Origin: a virus
Lineage: Duplodnaviria > Caudoviricetes
Length of the DNA stretch: 64,000 nt
IMG/VR virus record: IMGVR_UViG_2854395284_000001
Coordinates: 1 to 64,000 of that record
Direction: 5' to 3' (one strand)
Positions 43,863 to 54,088 of the stretch are shown here, one piece after another. The notes under the pieces are model-generated. The model was not told the origin of the DNA. It ran no database searches and was given only the letters and a program-made list of their open reading frames with translations. Made by a program: the position numbers and the translations under genes. How positions within the stretch are numbered: the stretch's first letter is position 1; each line of letters begins with the position of its first letter.

Positions 43863-44657
43863 TCAGTCTTCGTCAACCTCATCAGCATCGTAAACGCTAT
43901 ACAGAATCTTGTCATCTCCACAATATTCGATCTCTAGATCGCCTTTGAAATCCATGGTTGCAGTGTCAGCACTAATTGGAACAGTGGTTTCCGGAGATAC
44001 CTGGAATGATGGCATTACAATGTAATCTGCTTTTAGATCATTTTTCTTACATGGATTGTAGTATGTAGCTTTCATAATTGCGTATACAGATGTTGGGAAT
44101 TTATCTGCTCTGTTGTGGATTACAGCACCTGTCTCTACTTCACGGTCATAGCGAATAAAGAACATTTCTGCATCTTCATCTAATGGAAGAGTTAGTACAG
44201 CACCTTCTTTCGCAATAGAAAATTTATCTGTAGCGGCAGTCGTATCCATAGTATATGTTTTTCCAATAGAACCATCACCAAAATACTGAGCTACTTTTAC
44301 AGAACCTTCTACATATCCGGTAATCGTAACGGTTTTAACACCATTTTTAACATGCATCAGTCTTGGCATTTTAACTTTACCACTTTTAGATGCAAAGATT
44401 GGCTGAGATCCAGAAGATGCAGCAACGATATTGGTGTTAACAAAAGCATTTGTTGCAGAAAAAGTACCTGCTTTAGACTTCCAAATCTTCTTTACAAGAT
44501 TGCCATTTTTATCGGTAACATCTGTAGATTCAGCAGTGATTTCAATATTTGCATCACTTAATTGGGTGAGTACATATTGTGGAATACCAGTACCTTTATC
44601 TTCTGCGTAAAAGTATAGAATCTCTTTATAGATTTTGTCACCTAATTTAAAACTCAT
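43863..44657 (-). CDS. Probable major tail tube protein
   Basis: AAGGAGG RBS before MSFKLG; beta-rich, typical size and position. Confidence 0.7.
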   Translation of the reverse strand: MSFKLGDKIYKEILYFYAEDKGTGIPQYVLTQLSDANIEITAESTDVTDKNGNLVKKIWKSKAGTFSATNAFVNTNIVAASSGSQPIFASKSGKVKMPRLMHVKNGVKTVTITGYVEGSVKVAQYFGDGSIGKTYTMDTTAATDKFSIAKEGAVLTLPLDEDAEMFFIRYDREVETGAVIHNRADKFPTSVYAIMKATYYNPCKKNDLKADYIVMPSFQVSPETTVPISADTATMDFKGDLEIEYCGDDKILYSVYDADEVDED

Positions 44658-44691
44658 TTGTTTTTCCTCCTTAAATTTTTGTATAAAAAAA

Positions 44692-45525
44692 TCATGCAGA
44701 TCCTTTAAGATCTCGCATGAAATTAAATTCATTTTTTGGAATTTTTGATGTATCAACAAATCCAGAATAACTGCCATTAATGACAGCATGTGTTGATTCA
44801 TAAATTTGAAGTCTTTGTACACTATCATAGAATTCCACAATTCCAACATTGCGCAGTTCATTCTTTTTATATTTCGATCCAGGGTGATTCAGATAGAAAG
44901 AAATCATGGATAATAGATTTGGTGGTTTTAAAGAATTGTCTCTTTTCATCGCCAGCAAATTCTGTTTGTCTCTATTAATAAGATCTCTTTTAAGAGTCTT
45001 ACTAGAAGTAAATTCCTCTTCTGGCGGAAATGCATGAAACATATATTGAATATATTTACACATTTTAATTCGTGTTGGTTCGTCAATCTTTATATCTTGA
45101 ATAGGATTATATAAAATAACACTTTCTTTTCCATCTTTTTCTTCGGTAAAGAAAGAAAAACCATGAAAATCAATATCACCAAACATCAGTTTTGAATATT
45201 CCAAATCAATACTTTTGATCAAAATGGAAAACAATTGCTGATTTGTGATATCATTCCAGTCAATTCCATTGTTCCAAAGTTGTAAACGACATTTTGTTGT
45301 ATTTGAAATAAATGGATAAATAACAGATTGTATATTTTCTTCTCCGTATGTTATATAGTCTTGAATTGATGGCTGATGAATTGTGATTTTATCATTCACT
45401 ACATAATCATCTCCAAAATATAGTTGAAGAGGATTAAAATCTAAATATTCTTCTTCATTGTTTTCTTCATTTGCTATCTGTGCTTCAATTGCACTTTGTA
45501 CAAGATCATTATTCGCAAACCCCAT
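44692..45525 (-). CDS. Hypothetical structural/tail protein
   Basis: In operon. Confidence 0.6.
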   Translation of the reverse strand: MGFANNDLVQSAIEAQIANEENNEEEYLDFNPLQLYFGDDYVVNDKITIHQPSIQDYITYGEENIQSVIYPFISNTTKCRLQLWNNGIDWNDITNQQLFSILIKSIDLEYSKLMFGDIDFHGFSFFTEEKDGKESVILYNPIQDIKIDEPTRIKMCKYIQYMFHAFPPEEEFTSSKTLKRDLINRDKQNLLAMKRDNSLKPPNLLSMISFYLNHPGSKYKKNELRNVGIVEFYDSVQRLQIYESTHAVINGSYSGFVDTSKIPKNEFNFMRDLKGSA

Positions 45526-45528
45526 AAT

Positions 45529-46170
45529 TTACCACCTTTTATTACTATAGAAGGATTTACCATTCTCTGTTTTTGTAATATTGTTTGATGTAATAATTTG
45601 ATATTGCAAAGTACGCACAAGATAATTATTATCCATCGTTGATTCTTTATCCAAAGATGGAATCGGATTTTCAACCTCAGTTCCAATCCATGCAAATCTA
45701 TCTCGCAATATTGCAGCAATTAGATCATGTCTTGGTAAACCAGTAAGATCATCTATGACATCTTTTTCATGGATAAATATTGTAAAAGTAAGAAGAAGTG
45801 TTTTTACAGAATTATTATATCTTGCTAAGTCGCTAAAACTTGTTTGATAACATACATAATTCCTAGAATCTGTTTCTGTTTCTGGGAAAAATATGTATGG
45901 ACGGATATGGGCATTTTCACCAAAATAACGATCCCACTCACCTAATGGTTCGCCATCTTCATCAACGTTCAAATTTCCATCATCGTCAAATAATTCGGAT
46001 TCCAACTCTGCATCATGAATTGCATACAGTAATTCTGGACAGTGTAATAATATTTGATATACTTGATTTTTAATACGAATATTATCATCATCTGGATTAT
46101 GTGTATACGCGCGTAATTTATTAAGCATATCATCTTTTGTATGAAAGGAGTATTCATTTATTTTATTCAT
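45529..46170 (-). CDS. Putative tail completion/terminator protein
   Basis: Position; 'RHDLIAAIL'. Confidence 0.55.
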   Translation of the reverse strand: MNKINEYSFHTKDDMLNKLRAYTHNPDDDNIRIKNQVYQILLHCPELLYAIHDAELESELFDDDGNLNVDEDGEPLGEWDRYFGENAHIRPYIFFPETETDSRNYVCYQTSFSDLARYNNSVKTLLLTFTIFIHEKDVIDDLTGLPRHDLIAAILRDRFAWIGTEVENPIPSLDKESTMDNNYLVRTLQYQIITSNNITKTENGKSFYSNKRW

Positions 46171-46181
46171 TCATATACCCC

Positions 46182-47429
46182 CTATACAGTAATTTCAAAA
46201 TTTTCAGCAACTCGAATAATGTTATTATTTAAAGAAACATCACATGATATTAATAATAATTTCCCTAAATAATTTCGATCGTTGATAAATTTCATTTTAA
46301 TTTGATTATATTTACAACCAGATTTTGACCACGATACATAATCAGATAATTCATTATTTTCTACGGAGCATTTCCAAGTAAATTCTCCTCCTTTATATTG
46401 ATCAGATATGTCATTGTGATCCTCGTCTAGTATTTTTATAGTAAACAGTTTGTAACTGCCACCAACTTTTACATTGGTGGAAGATGCTATAATTGTTTTA
46501 TTTATACCGGCAATTTCTCCAGGCGTTGATGGTTCGACAGGGATAACAGACGAATCATAATAATCAGCATACATACCAATAATCTTGCCGTTTTCGTCAC
46601 GTTCAATATAATCTCTATGTTCATCCCAAAAATCTTGATAAATTGTAAGCTTTTGGATTCCGACAGGTTTTGTGTTTTCTATTTTTGTTACAGACCATAC
46701 CAAAGGATGTTCTGTTGGCGCGCTAATAATAAGACGCATTGTTTTGTTAACATCATCGTTATACCAAAACTTTTCAGTAATTTGATTTAATGGGAACCAG
46801 ATTTTATCCTGGTTGTCTGGGTGGGCAAAGTAGTGATCTCTGTATTTTCCAGTTGTGTACGAATTTTGATTTCTAAGAACTCCCCACATTTTTCGTTTGA
46901 TTCTGTTCTGACCAGTTTTTTCAATCCATGTCAAATTATAATCACATGGAAGAATTAAATACTTCCGAAATTGGTTTGCAATTTCTCTTCCAACAATTAA
47001 CCATTTATGATAAATTTTATTATCATCTGGGATATCGACGAATAACCCAATCGGAAAATCGGCTAGATACCGTTCGTGATAATCTGTTTCATAATAATAC
47101 AAATCATCATTCTCGGAAAAAGAATATTTTTGAGACGGACGAAATTGTAGATAATAAGGAACCTGATCCTTATCTATAGACTGATAAGAATTAATAATAA
47201 ACTTTGCATCAATTGGAGTTTTGGTTGTATTGTCATAAGTCATATTCTGATTTTTATCTGGCTGATCATCATGGTAAAAATCATATATATAACACTTTTT
47301 TGCCTGGATGTCATGATCAAATGTTTGTTCCATAAGAAAATCTGAGTTTTCTTTTGTTATTTCACCAATTGTTTTTGCATCATTTAATCGTATGCTTGAT
47401 ATACGTCTAGCTGTTGATAGGTTTGGCAT
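46182..47429 (-). CDS. Putative head-closure protein
   Basis: Position after adaptor; 'KWLIV..YLILPCDY'. Confidence 0.55.
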   Translation of the reverse strand: MPNLSTARRISSIRLNDAKTIGEITKENSDFLMEQTFDHDIQAKKCYIYDFYHDDQPDKNQNMTYDNTTKTPIDAKFIINSYQSIDKDQVPYYLQFRPSQKYSFSENDDLYYYETDYHERYLADFPIGLFVDIPDDNKIYHKWLIVGREIANQFRKYLILPCDYNLTWIEKTGQNRIKRKMWGVLRNQNSYTTGKYRDHYFAHPDNQDKIWFPLNQITEKFWYNDDVNKTMRLIISAPTEHPLVWSVTKIENTKPVGIQKLTIYQDFWDEHRDYIERDENGKIIGMYADYYDSSVIPVEPSTPGEIAGINKTIIASSTNVKVGGSYKLFTIKILDEDHNDISDQYKGGEFTWKCSVENNELSDYVSWSKSGCKYNQIKMKFINDRNYLGKLLLISCDVSLNNNIIRVAENFEITV

Positions 47430-47772
47430 GACTATTTACCTCCTCTAACATAGCTTTAATATATCCATGAGAATCTAGAATAGCTTTTCTAAATATTCTA
47501 TAACTATATTTTGGACTATCTATTAGATCGTATGCCGCCTGTAATGTCGAAATTAAAAGCAGCATATCATTTGGATAACCTAATAATGTATTAAGTCCAC
47601 CGAATTTAAATAGAATATCTTCAAAGTATTTTTTAAAATCATCATCTGAATTAAAAATTCTGTCTGTCACTAGCTTATCTTTATATAAAAGTAATCTATG
47701 AATATTTTTGTGCATTAAACATGCTGCGTTTTTTATTTGCTCGTCAGAAAAAGTTCCATATAAATAATCCAT
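47407..47772 (-). CDS. Hypothetical head-tail region protein
   Basis: Tightly packed in operon. Confidence 0.6.
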   Translation of the reverse strand: MDYLYGTFSDEQIKNAACLMHKNIHRLLLYKDKLVTDRIFNSDDDFKKYFEDILFKFGGLNTLLGYPNDMLLLISTLQAAYDLIDSPKYSYRIFRKAILDSHGYIKAMLEEVNSHAKPINS

Positions 47773-47773
47773 A

Positions 47774-48229
47774 TTATATACCATTATTAATATAAGAGTT
47801 ATAAAGATAACCATGATCTCTAATAGTCTTACTTAATTCCTTCTGTACATTTTCTAATCTTGTCTGAAGCAATCTGTATGGATTGTTTAGCATTTTTTCT
47901 TCTTTTCCACCAACCATCATAATGGTATAATTCAAAGAATCGACTCTTGGACTGAGCCATTCAATTGTAATCCCTAGAACAAATAGTTTACACACATATT
48001 CAATATCAGAACTTTCATCTATTGTATTTACAAGATTAAAAGAAACTTCTTGAAATTCATCGTCCAATACAATAGAAGAGAAGAGTCTTCTGATTCTTGC
48101 ATCTCCAAGTACATTGTGTAGTCTTTCGGTGTAAATCTCATAAAAATCATTAGAGTTTAATGCTAATTCTTTCGGATCATCAATTTTTCCCAATGCCCTT
48201 GAAAAGATAGTTTCATAAGGAAGTATCAT
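47774..48229 (-). CDS. Putative head-tail adaptor
   Basis: AGGAGG RBS; 'PYETIFSR' start; position after capsid genes. Confidence 0.6.
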   Translation of the reverse strand: MILPYETIFSRALGKIDDPKELALNSNDFYEIYTERLHNVLGDARIRRLFSSIVLDDEFQEVSFNLVNTIDESSDIEYVCKLFVLGITIEWLSPRVDSLNYTIMMVGGKEEKMLNNPYRLLQTRLENVQKELSKTIRDHGYLYNSYINNGI

Positions 48230-48240
48230 CTTAACCTCCT

Positions 48241-48819
48241 TTATTTAACAAATAATTCACTTAGAAGATTAAAATCCGAATCAAAGATTTCACTGAGTTT
48301 TCTTACTTTTGCAATACTGTCAAGATGACCATTAGCAATCTCTGTAGCAATCATCTGTTCCAGGATGGTTCTTGTAGCTTCTGGCAGCTCTTTGATTTCC
48401 ATTTCCATCTGTCTTGTAGACATATCAAGAATTTTGAGCAAATCATTTCTTGTATACATTTTCTCATATACTTTTTTTACAGTAGGAAAATCTTCCAGTA
48501 AATCGTCATCCAGGATAACAAATCTTGGTAAGAATACATGGTCTGAACCTTTTCTAATCAAAGAAACCAGGTCACGATAATTGATTTCGCAATCATATCC
48601 ATAATCTTTGAATTCATAAACATTTCCAGATTGAGACGTGATGTTTAATCCACCATAACATACTGATCGACACAGAATATAATCTGAATCTGTAAATACC
48701 TTTTTCTCTTTTTCGATTTTTTCTTCAATTGGTTCTTCTACGGTTGTTTTTGTCTCAACTTTAGTAGCTACTTTTCTAGTTGCAGTAGCGGTTTCCTTTT
48801 TTGCTCGTGCTGTCGGCAT
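48241..48819 (-). CDS. Hypothetical protein downstream of major capsid
   Basis: GGAGG RBS. Confidence 0.7.
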   Translation of the reverse strand: MPTARAKKETATATRKVATKVETKTTVEEPIEEKIEKEKKVFTDSDYILCRSVCYGGLNITSQSGNVYEFKDYGYDCEINYRDLVSLIRKGSDHVFLPRFVILDDDLLEDFPTVKKVYEKMYTRNDLLKILDMSTRQMEMEIKELPEATRTILEQMIATEIANGHLDSIAKVRKLSEIFDSDFNLLSELFVK

Positions 48820-48890
48820 GGCTTTCCCTCCATTAAAAAATAGAAGAGTAGCGGTTAAACTACTCCTCTAATATATTTTTATTACTTAGA

Positions 48891-50000
48891 TTAGTCAGTA
48901 ATGGTCCATGAACCAAAGTAACGACCAATTCTTGTAGATACTCCAAGCTCTCTCTGAACTTCGTATTTCATGATATCAGCGATGTTACTATTAGCTGTTC
49001 CACGCTCTGTGATTTCCTCGATAAGAGTCTCACCAACATCAACCATATCAACAAGTTTGTTGTCACCAGTTGCAAATACGAAAAGAGTGTCATCCTTGTA
49101 CATGGACTTAGTTACATCGTTTCTTGCAAATCTCTGTGGAATTTCAACAAGCGTGTAACGTCCGTAATTTCCAAGGCGACCCATCTTTGCAATATCTTCT
49201 TTCTGAGAATCAGCAACCCATTTAACATCGATAAGGTTTTCAAGCTCCTGAAGTGCAACCATTGTTCCCATGATAACTACATCTGCATTATCATTTGCAA
49301 CAGATACATTTTGAAGAACTTTATTGAATTTCTTTCTATTTGTTGTGTTGAGCGCACCTGTTTGTACGAACTCGGACTGTGCCGGAAGTTTCTTTGGTGC
49401 TTCAAGAATCTCAGCAAAGATAAGCTCTTGAATCTTTACAACAAATGCTTTAGTGATAGCGTCTACAAGTTTTGTCCAATCCTCTTGTCCAATAAGATAT
49501 CTATCAATATCAGCACCAACAGCAGCACCATAAACATCCGTCTCTACAGAATATGTTGTGTTCTCTGGTAATCTCTGAAGCATTGTATCGTGATGTCTCT
49601 TACCCATTCTTGCTATAGAAAGAATTACTTCCTCATGCTCATTAACGAAAAGATTAGTATCTCCCTCTTTAAGGTTTCTGTAATTAACAAGTGCGTTGAA
49701 CCACTCATTTTCTTTAAGTCCTGTAGAAACTGTCCAATCAGTTACTTCTTCAATTACATCGAAATACTGACGAGCATGATCTCTGTAAGCACGTTCTCTT
49801 TCTCTACGAGAAGAGTCTTTGGTAAGACCGAAAATTTTTAGAGATACTTCTCTAAGTTTATCTTCAGCCTCTCTCTTAGAAATTCCATCGTCGAGTTCAT
49901 TTTTATATAAATCGAACATCAGATTTTTTACTTCTTCATAAGAAGTTTTCATTTCATCGAATACATTAAGCACATGTGCGCTAAAATTCATCTTATTCAT
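48891..50000 (-). CDS. Major capsid protein
   Basis: 369 aa, position after protease and decoration genes, strong RBS, hairpin downstream. Confidence 0.8.
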   Translation of the reverse strand: MNKMNFSAHVLNVFDEMKTSYEEVKNLMFDLYKNELDDGISKREAEDKLREVSLKIFGLTKDSSRRERERAYRDHARQYFDVIEEVTDWTVSTGLKENEWFNALVNYRNLKEGDTNLFVNEHEEVILSIARMGKRHHDTMLQRLPENTTYSVETDVYGAAVGADIDRYLIGQEDWTKLVDAITKAFVVKIQELIFAEILEAPKKLPAQSEFVQTGALNTTNRKKFNKVLQNVSVANDNADVVIMGTMVALQELENLIDVKWVADSQKEDIAKMGRLGNYGRYTLVEIPQRFARNDVTKSMYKDDTLFVFATGDNKLVDMVDVGETLIEEITERGTANSNIADIMKYEVQRELGVSTRIGRYFGSWTITD

Positions 50001-50018
50001 TGCTTATTCCTCCCTTCT

Positions 50019-50513
50019 TTATAGTTCTGAAACTTTGTGTTTCTGACTTCCAGCTTCAACAGTTACTTTCTTACCAGCTACAGGTGTTCCGTCAAATGTA
50101 TCTCCACTAAGCTCATAAACGTCTGTTACTGTAAGCACAAGTCCTCTAACTGTTTTTGTTCTTTCGGCTGTTGCTGCGTTGAAGAAGTTAGAAGTTTTGG
50201 TAAATTCACTATTATAGGTTTCTGCAATTTCAGGAACTTCATAAATAAGAATTGCTGGTGCATTTGGATCGACTTTCTTAACCTCTACATACCAGTTTCC
50301 GTCAGCAGCTTGCTCAAGAATTTCTCCTTCAAAACCAGCTGGTGCATCTGCAACCTCATATTGGTCAAAGCTTACATATTTTCCTTTGCCGCAAACTGTA
50401 CCGTTATCCGTATCTTCTTTGATAACCATGTTTAATACACGACCAACTTTGTCAGAAAGGACTTTGGTTGGGAAGCATACATGATGCTGATCAATTTTAT
50501 ATTTAATAGCCAT
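50019..50513 (-). CDS. Putative head decoration protein
   Basis: Between scaffold and capsid genes; 'DTDNG' motif. Confidence 0.6.
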   Translation of the reverse strand: MAIKYKIDQHHVCFPTKVLSDKVGRVLNMVIKEDTDNGTVCGKGKYVSFDQYEVADAPAGFEGEILEQAADGNWYVEVKKVDPNAPAILIYEVPEIAETYNSEFTKTSNFFNAATAERTKTVRGLVLTVTDVYELSGDTFDGTPVAGKKVTVEAGSQKHKVSEL

Positions 50514-50595
50514 TTGATTTTTCCTCCTTTTGTTTTTTTACAAAATAAAAAGACCGCTTGTTGCGATCTTTAAAATTAAAAGTTATTTTGTTTAT

Positions 50596-52293
50596 TTATT
50601 TTTCTTCTTCAGCAAACAGTTTTCCATATCTGCTAGGTTTCGAAGCTTTTTTATTTACATTTACAAATTGTTTCTTTGATGTAGCTGTCTTTTCTTTGTT
50701 ATTAGAAAGTGCAAAGTTACCATGCTCAGAAACATAATCAGAATGAAGAACTTTAATTTCTGTCTCAAGATCAGCGAGAGAGTAGTTATCCATTTCAGAA
50801 ACAAGTTTCTCATAATCTTTATTTACGAATTTTCCTTCTTCATCTTTCTGTGCAAGAATTTCATATTTCTCAGAATCAAGAATTTCTTTCTTTTTTTCAC
50901 GAAGTTCATTTAATTCAATTTCTTCTTTAAATGCTTTTAATTCTGCATAGTTTGAACGCATTTCTTCGATAGAAATCTTCTCAGATTCTGTAAGAAGCAT
51001 TGCAAACATTTCTGTTCTCTCTCCAGCAAGTGCAATATTATCTTCATCTCTTGTATAAGATTGTTTATAATATTTGTCGCTGTCCCAATCTTGCATAATA
51101 AAATACTCATCATACACCTGAGACACATAACACCATTCAGAATCATTTCTATAAATAGAACATAATGCATTTAATGCGTATCTGATATCTTCAAAAGAAA
51201 TGTCAAATAATTTATTGAATAGCTCATCTTTTGAAAAACTTTCTGTTTCAGATTCTGATGCAGTGGTATCTTCGGTTTCCTCTTCGGCAACTTCCTGAGT
51301 TTCCTCTACTTTTTCAGTGGTTTTAGTTTCTTCTTCGGAGGTTTCCTCAACTGTTTCCTCAGATTCTTCTTCTGTGGTAGTCACTTCCTCTTCAGACTCT
51401 TCTGTTTCAGTTACTTCCTCAGTTTCAGTAACTTCCTCTTCAAAGTGTTTCTTATTCAATTCGGTTCCTCCTTTCTTTGATTGTGATTGAACAGCAATCT
51501 GTTCTTTTTTATTGAAATTAGAAAGTGTCTTATTTAGATTTTCTAAAAGTTCAATCAATTTTTCTTCTTTGCTAAATTTAACCGAGTTATTCTCTACACT
51601 GAAATCTACAATATCAGCACGAGAACCTTCCATGCCTTCCTGAATTTCTGTGCCATCATCACGACTCCCTAATAATGTTGAAGCATTCACATAGAAATCA
51701 TTTAATTCAAGATATTTTTCTTTTGCGTTGTAAGATAAATCGTCAATAAAAAGCTCGCAGCTATTTTTTGTGCCTTGCTTAGAACGAATAATTTCACATG
51801 CCTTAGTATATTCTTCGCTTATATAAGCATAAGCACATACATAATCTTTATTTAATCCATCATCATGTTCCCAAAATGCTGGCTCAGATGAGAAAGAACC
51901 AACTTGAGATTCAATGTATCTAAGTTCTTCATTTCCGTTATCATTTTTGATAATTTCCATCTCATGACCTTCAAAGTCCCAAGTTCCATCATCTAGCTGA
52001 TGTATTGCAGCCAATACAGGTCTATCAGCAATTGTATTCATTGCTTTTTCAGCAGACTCTTTTGATACATAACTTTTATTCCTATTAAGTCCTGTATGGA
52101 AAATTCGAAATTTAAGACGCATCATTCCACGATGATTATCATCTACAATATTATCCACTTCAAAAGTAGTTGGCACTTTTAAGGCTAACTGATAGCCAAT
52201 GTCTTTGGAATTAAATCTCGCAAATTTTTTGTCTTGACAAAATTTTAGCAAATCATCTTCAGTTAAAATTTTCTTTTTTATAATTTTTGACAT
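50596..52293 (-). CDS. Prohead protease / scaffold protein
   Basis: HTGLNRNKS..DFEGHE..NSCEL..LLG N-domain and a very acidic C-terminal half. Confidence 0.75.
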   Translation of the reverse strand: MSKIIKKKILTEDDLLKFCQDKKFARFNSKDIGYQLALKVPTTFEVDNIVDDNHRGMMRLKFRIFHTGLNRNKSYVSKESAEKAMNTIADRPVLAAIHQLDDGTWDFEGHEMEIIKNDNGNEELRYIESQVGSFSSEPAFWEHDDGLNKDYVCAYAYISEEYTKACEIIRSKQGTKNSCELFIDDLSYNAKEKYLELNDFYVNASTLLGSRDDGTEIQEGMEGSRADIVDFSVENNSVKFSKEEKLIELLENLNKTLSNFNKKEQIAVQSQSKKGGTELNKKHFEEEVTETEEVTETEESEEEVTTTEEESEETVEETSEEETKTTEKVEETQEVAEEETEDTTASESETESFSKDELFNKLFDISFEDIRYALNALCSIYRNDSEWCYVSQVYDEYFIMQDWDSDKYYKQSYTRDEDNIALAGERTEMFAMLLTESEKISIEEMRSNYAELKAFKEEIELNELREKKKEILDSEKYEILAQKDEEGKFVNKDYEKLVSEMDNYSLADLETEIKVLHSDYVSEHGNFALSNNKEKTATSKKQFVNVNKKASKPSRYGKLFAEEEK

Positions 52294-52363
52294 CTGCTTT
52301 AATTATTTCCTCCTTTCCTAAAAATGGGTATAATAATACCTCATTCAAAAAAGAACGAGGCTA

Positions 52364-53758
52364 CTAAGTAATTATTCTTGTTTTATCTGGCTGATCTAAA
52401 TCATCTGAAAAATACCATTTATAGCCATATCCAGATACTTTCTTTTTTCTACAACATGCCCCAATTAGTATTGAAGAATTTCTATGTCCTATGTATTTTC
52501 CAGCATTAATGCAACTATCGAATGTTCTAATATAAAAACCATCTTTTGTATACATATTAATTCTTTTTGATTTTTTATTTCTAAATTTATTTTCAACTTC
52601 TTGAGGTGTTAATTCTTCATGTGAATATGTATAATTGGAAAATATACTATTAGTTTGTTGATTACACGAATTAATTATCGTTGTGTATGAAACATCCTCT
52701 TCGATACTAGCATCAATAACACTTAAATAAACCTTAATTAAATTTCCATCCCTGTCATATTTAAACACTTTTTTACAATTCCCTTTATGTTGTAAATCTG
52801 GAATGACTAAAGCGTTTTCAACATATTTCCAAATATATCCATAAGCAGTTTTTATTTCATTTCTACAAACTTGTGTAATAACTTGATAGTTTATATTTAA
52901 TTGTCTTCCGGCTTCTCGAACACTTTCATAAACGTTTATAAAATTTCCATTCAAATCATATTGTTCTACAAGTTTAGGCTTTTCTCTATATGTTTTATGA
53001 GATGAAAAGAGTTCATGATGGAATCTAAAAATATTAATTCCTATATAAACACGTTTACCGATACAGCAATCAACAATAAAACTCCTTTTTGTATTTTCTG
53101 CTTTTGCTGCTTCCGTTGTGTTTTTATATACGTGTAATAAATTTCCCCGATAATCATATTTATCAATTTGTAATAAACTATAATACCTTATCAACGCTTC
53201 TTCTTTTTCGTTGTCCGTTGGTAAAGGAAAATCTTCTAATTCATTTTCAATATAACGCCAAATATGACCATACGCATATTTTGATTCACCATTGCAACAA
53301 GAATAGATAACAGATGTCTTTCCAAATATTTCTTTTAATTTGTCAACAGATTCGTATGTGTTTATATAATTACCATTAATATCATATTGTTTAACAGCTC
53401 TCATTTTATTTTCGCTTCCGTCTCTTCCGCCTTTAGTAAGATTAAAACCATTATGAAAAGAATCAAATAATTTAATATAATATTTTTCTCTATCATCTAA
53501 TTTTGAAATCAATTCTTTTTTTGTTGTAGCAGTGCATTTTTCTAATCCATCCATGGCAAAATGTTCAATACCATATTTATTCATTGTATTATGCAATCTG
53601 TCTGTGGACGAATGTTTTTTTACTTGTCCAACATGACTATACCATCTAGTTATTAATTCTTGTGATGTTTGACCAATATATAATTTATTAGGATAAATAT
53701 CATTTGTTATAACATATATGTATCCTTCGTACATACCAGTTTCTCTATTGAAACTCAT
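52364..53758 (-). CDS. Free-standing GIY-YIG homing endonuclease with NUMOD1-like repeats
   Basis: GYIYVITN..YIGQT..RW..E..GFN; five 'QYD..GN.I..Y.S' type repeats. Confidence 0.9.
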   Translation of the reverse strand: MSFNRETGMYEGYIYVITNDIYPNKLYIGQTSQELITRWYSHVGQVKKHSSTDRLHNTMNKYGIEHFAMDGLEKCTATTKKELISKLDDREKYYIKLFDSFHNGFNLTKGGRDGSENKMRAVKQYDINGNYINTYESVDKLKEIFGKTSVIYSCCNGESKYAYGHIWRYIENELEDFPLPTDNEKEEALIRYYSLLQIDKYDYRGNLLHVYKNTTEAAKAENTKRSFIVDCCIGKRVYIGINIFRFHHELFSSHKTYREKPKLVEQYDLNGNFINVYESVREAGRQLNINYQVITQVCRNEIKTAYGYIWKYVENALVIPDLQHKGNCKKVFKYDRDGNLIKVYLSVIDASIEEDVSYTTIINSCNQQTNSIFSNYTYSHEELTPQEVENKFRNKKSKRINMYTKDGFYIRTFDSCINAGKYIGHRNSSILIGACCRKKKVSGYGYKWYFSDDLDQPDKTRIIT

Positions 53759-53899
53759 AAATCACCTCCATAAAAACGGAGGCAGAGATGGGAGAGTGTA
53801 AACCGTCCCGTTAATCTCTTTATCGAATTATCCATTCGACCTCATTTATAAAATCTAAAAATTGGTATAAAAAATACCACTCAAGAAATAGAAGAGTGG

Positions 53900-54076
53900 C
53901 TAAAAAGTAAGTATATTGCTATACTGTATTTTTGATTTATCTATATTTGAAAACTGAAGTTTGTCAGTATTCAAAAATATATATATTCCATTCAATTCAC
54001 TTACTACTTGAAATCCAAGTTTCTTTAAGTTTTCAGAGGTAGTAGTGTCTGTTGTTTTTAAAAACTTTTCTTTCAT
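53900..54076 (-). CDS. Small hypothetical protein (58 aa; absent from ORF track)
   Basis: GAGGTG RBS right after the portal stop; MKEKFLKTTD..LKKLGFQ. Confidence 0.65.
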   Translation of the reverse strand: MKEKFLKTTDTTTSENLKKLGFQVVSELNGIYIFLNTDKLQFSNIDKSKIQYSNILTF

Positions 54077-54088
54077 ATGACCACCTCA

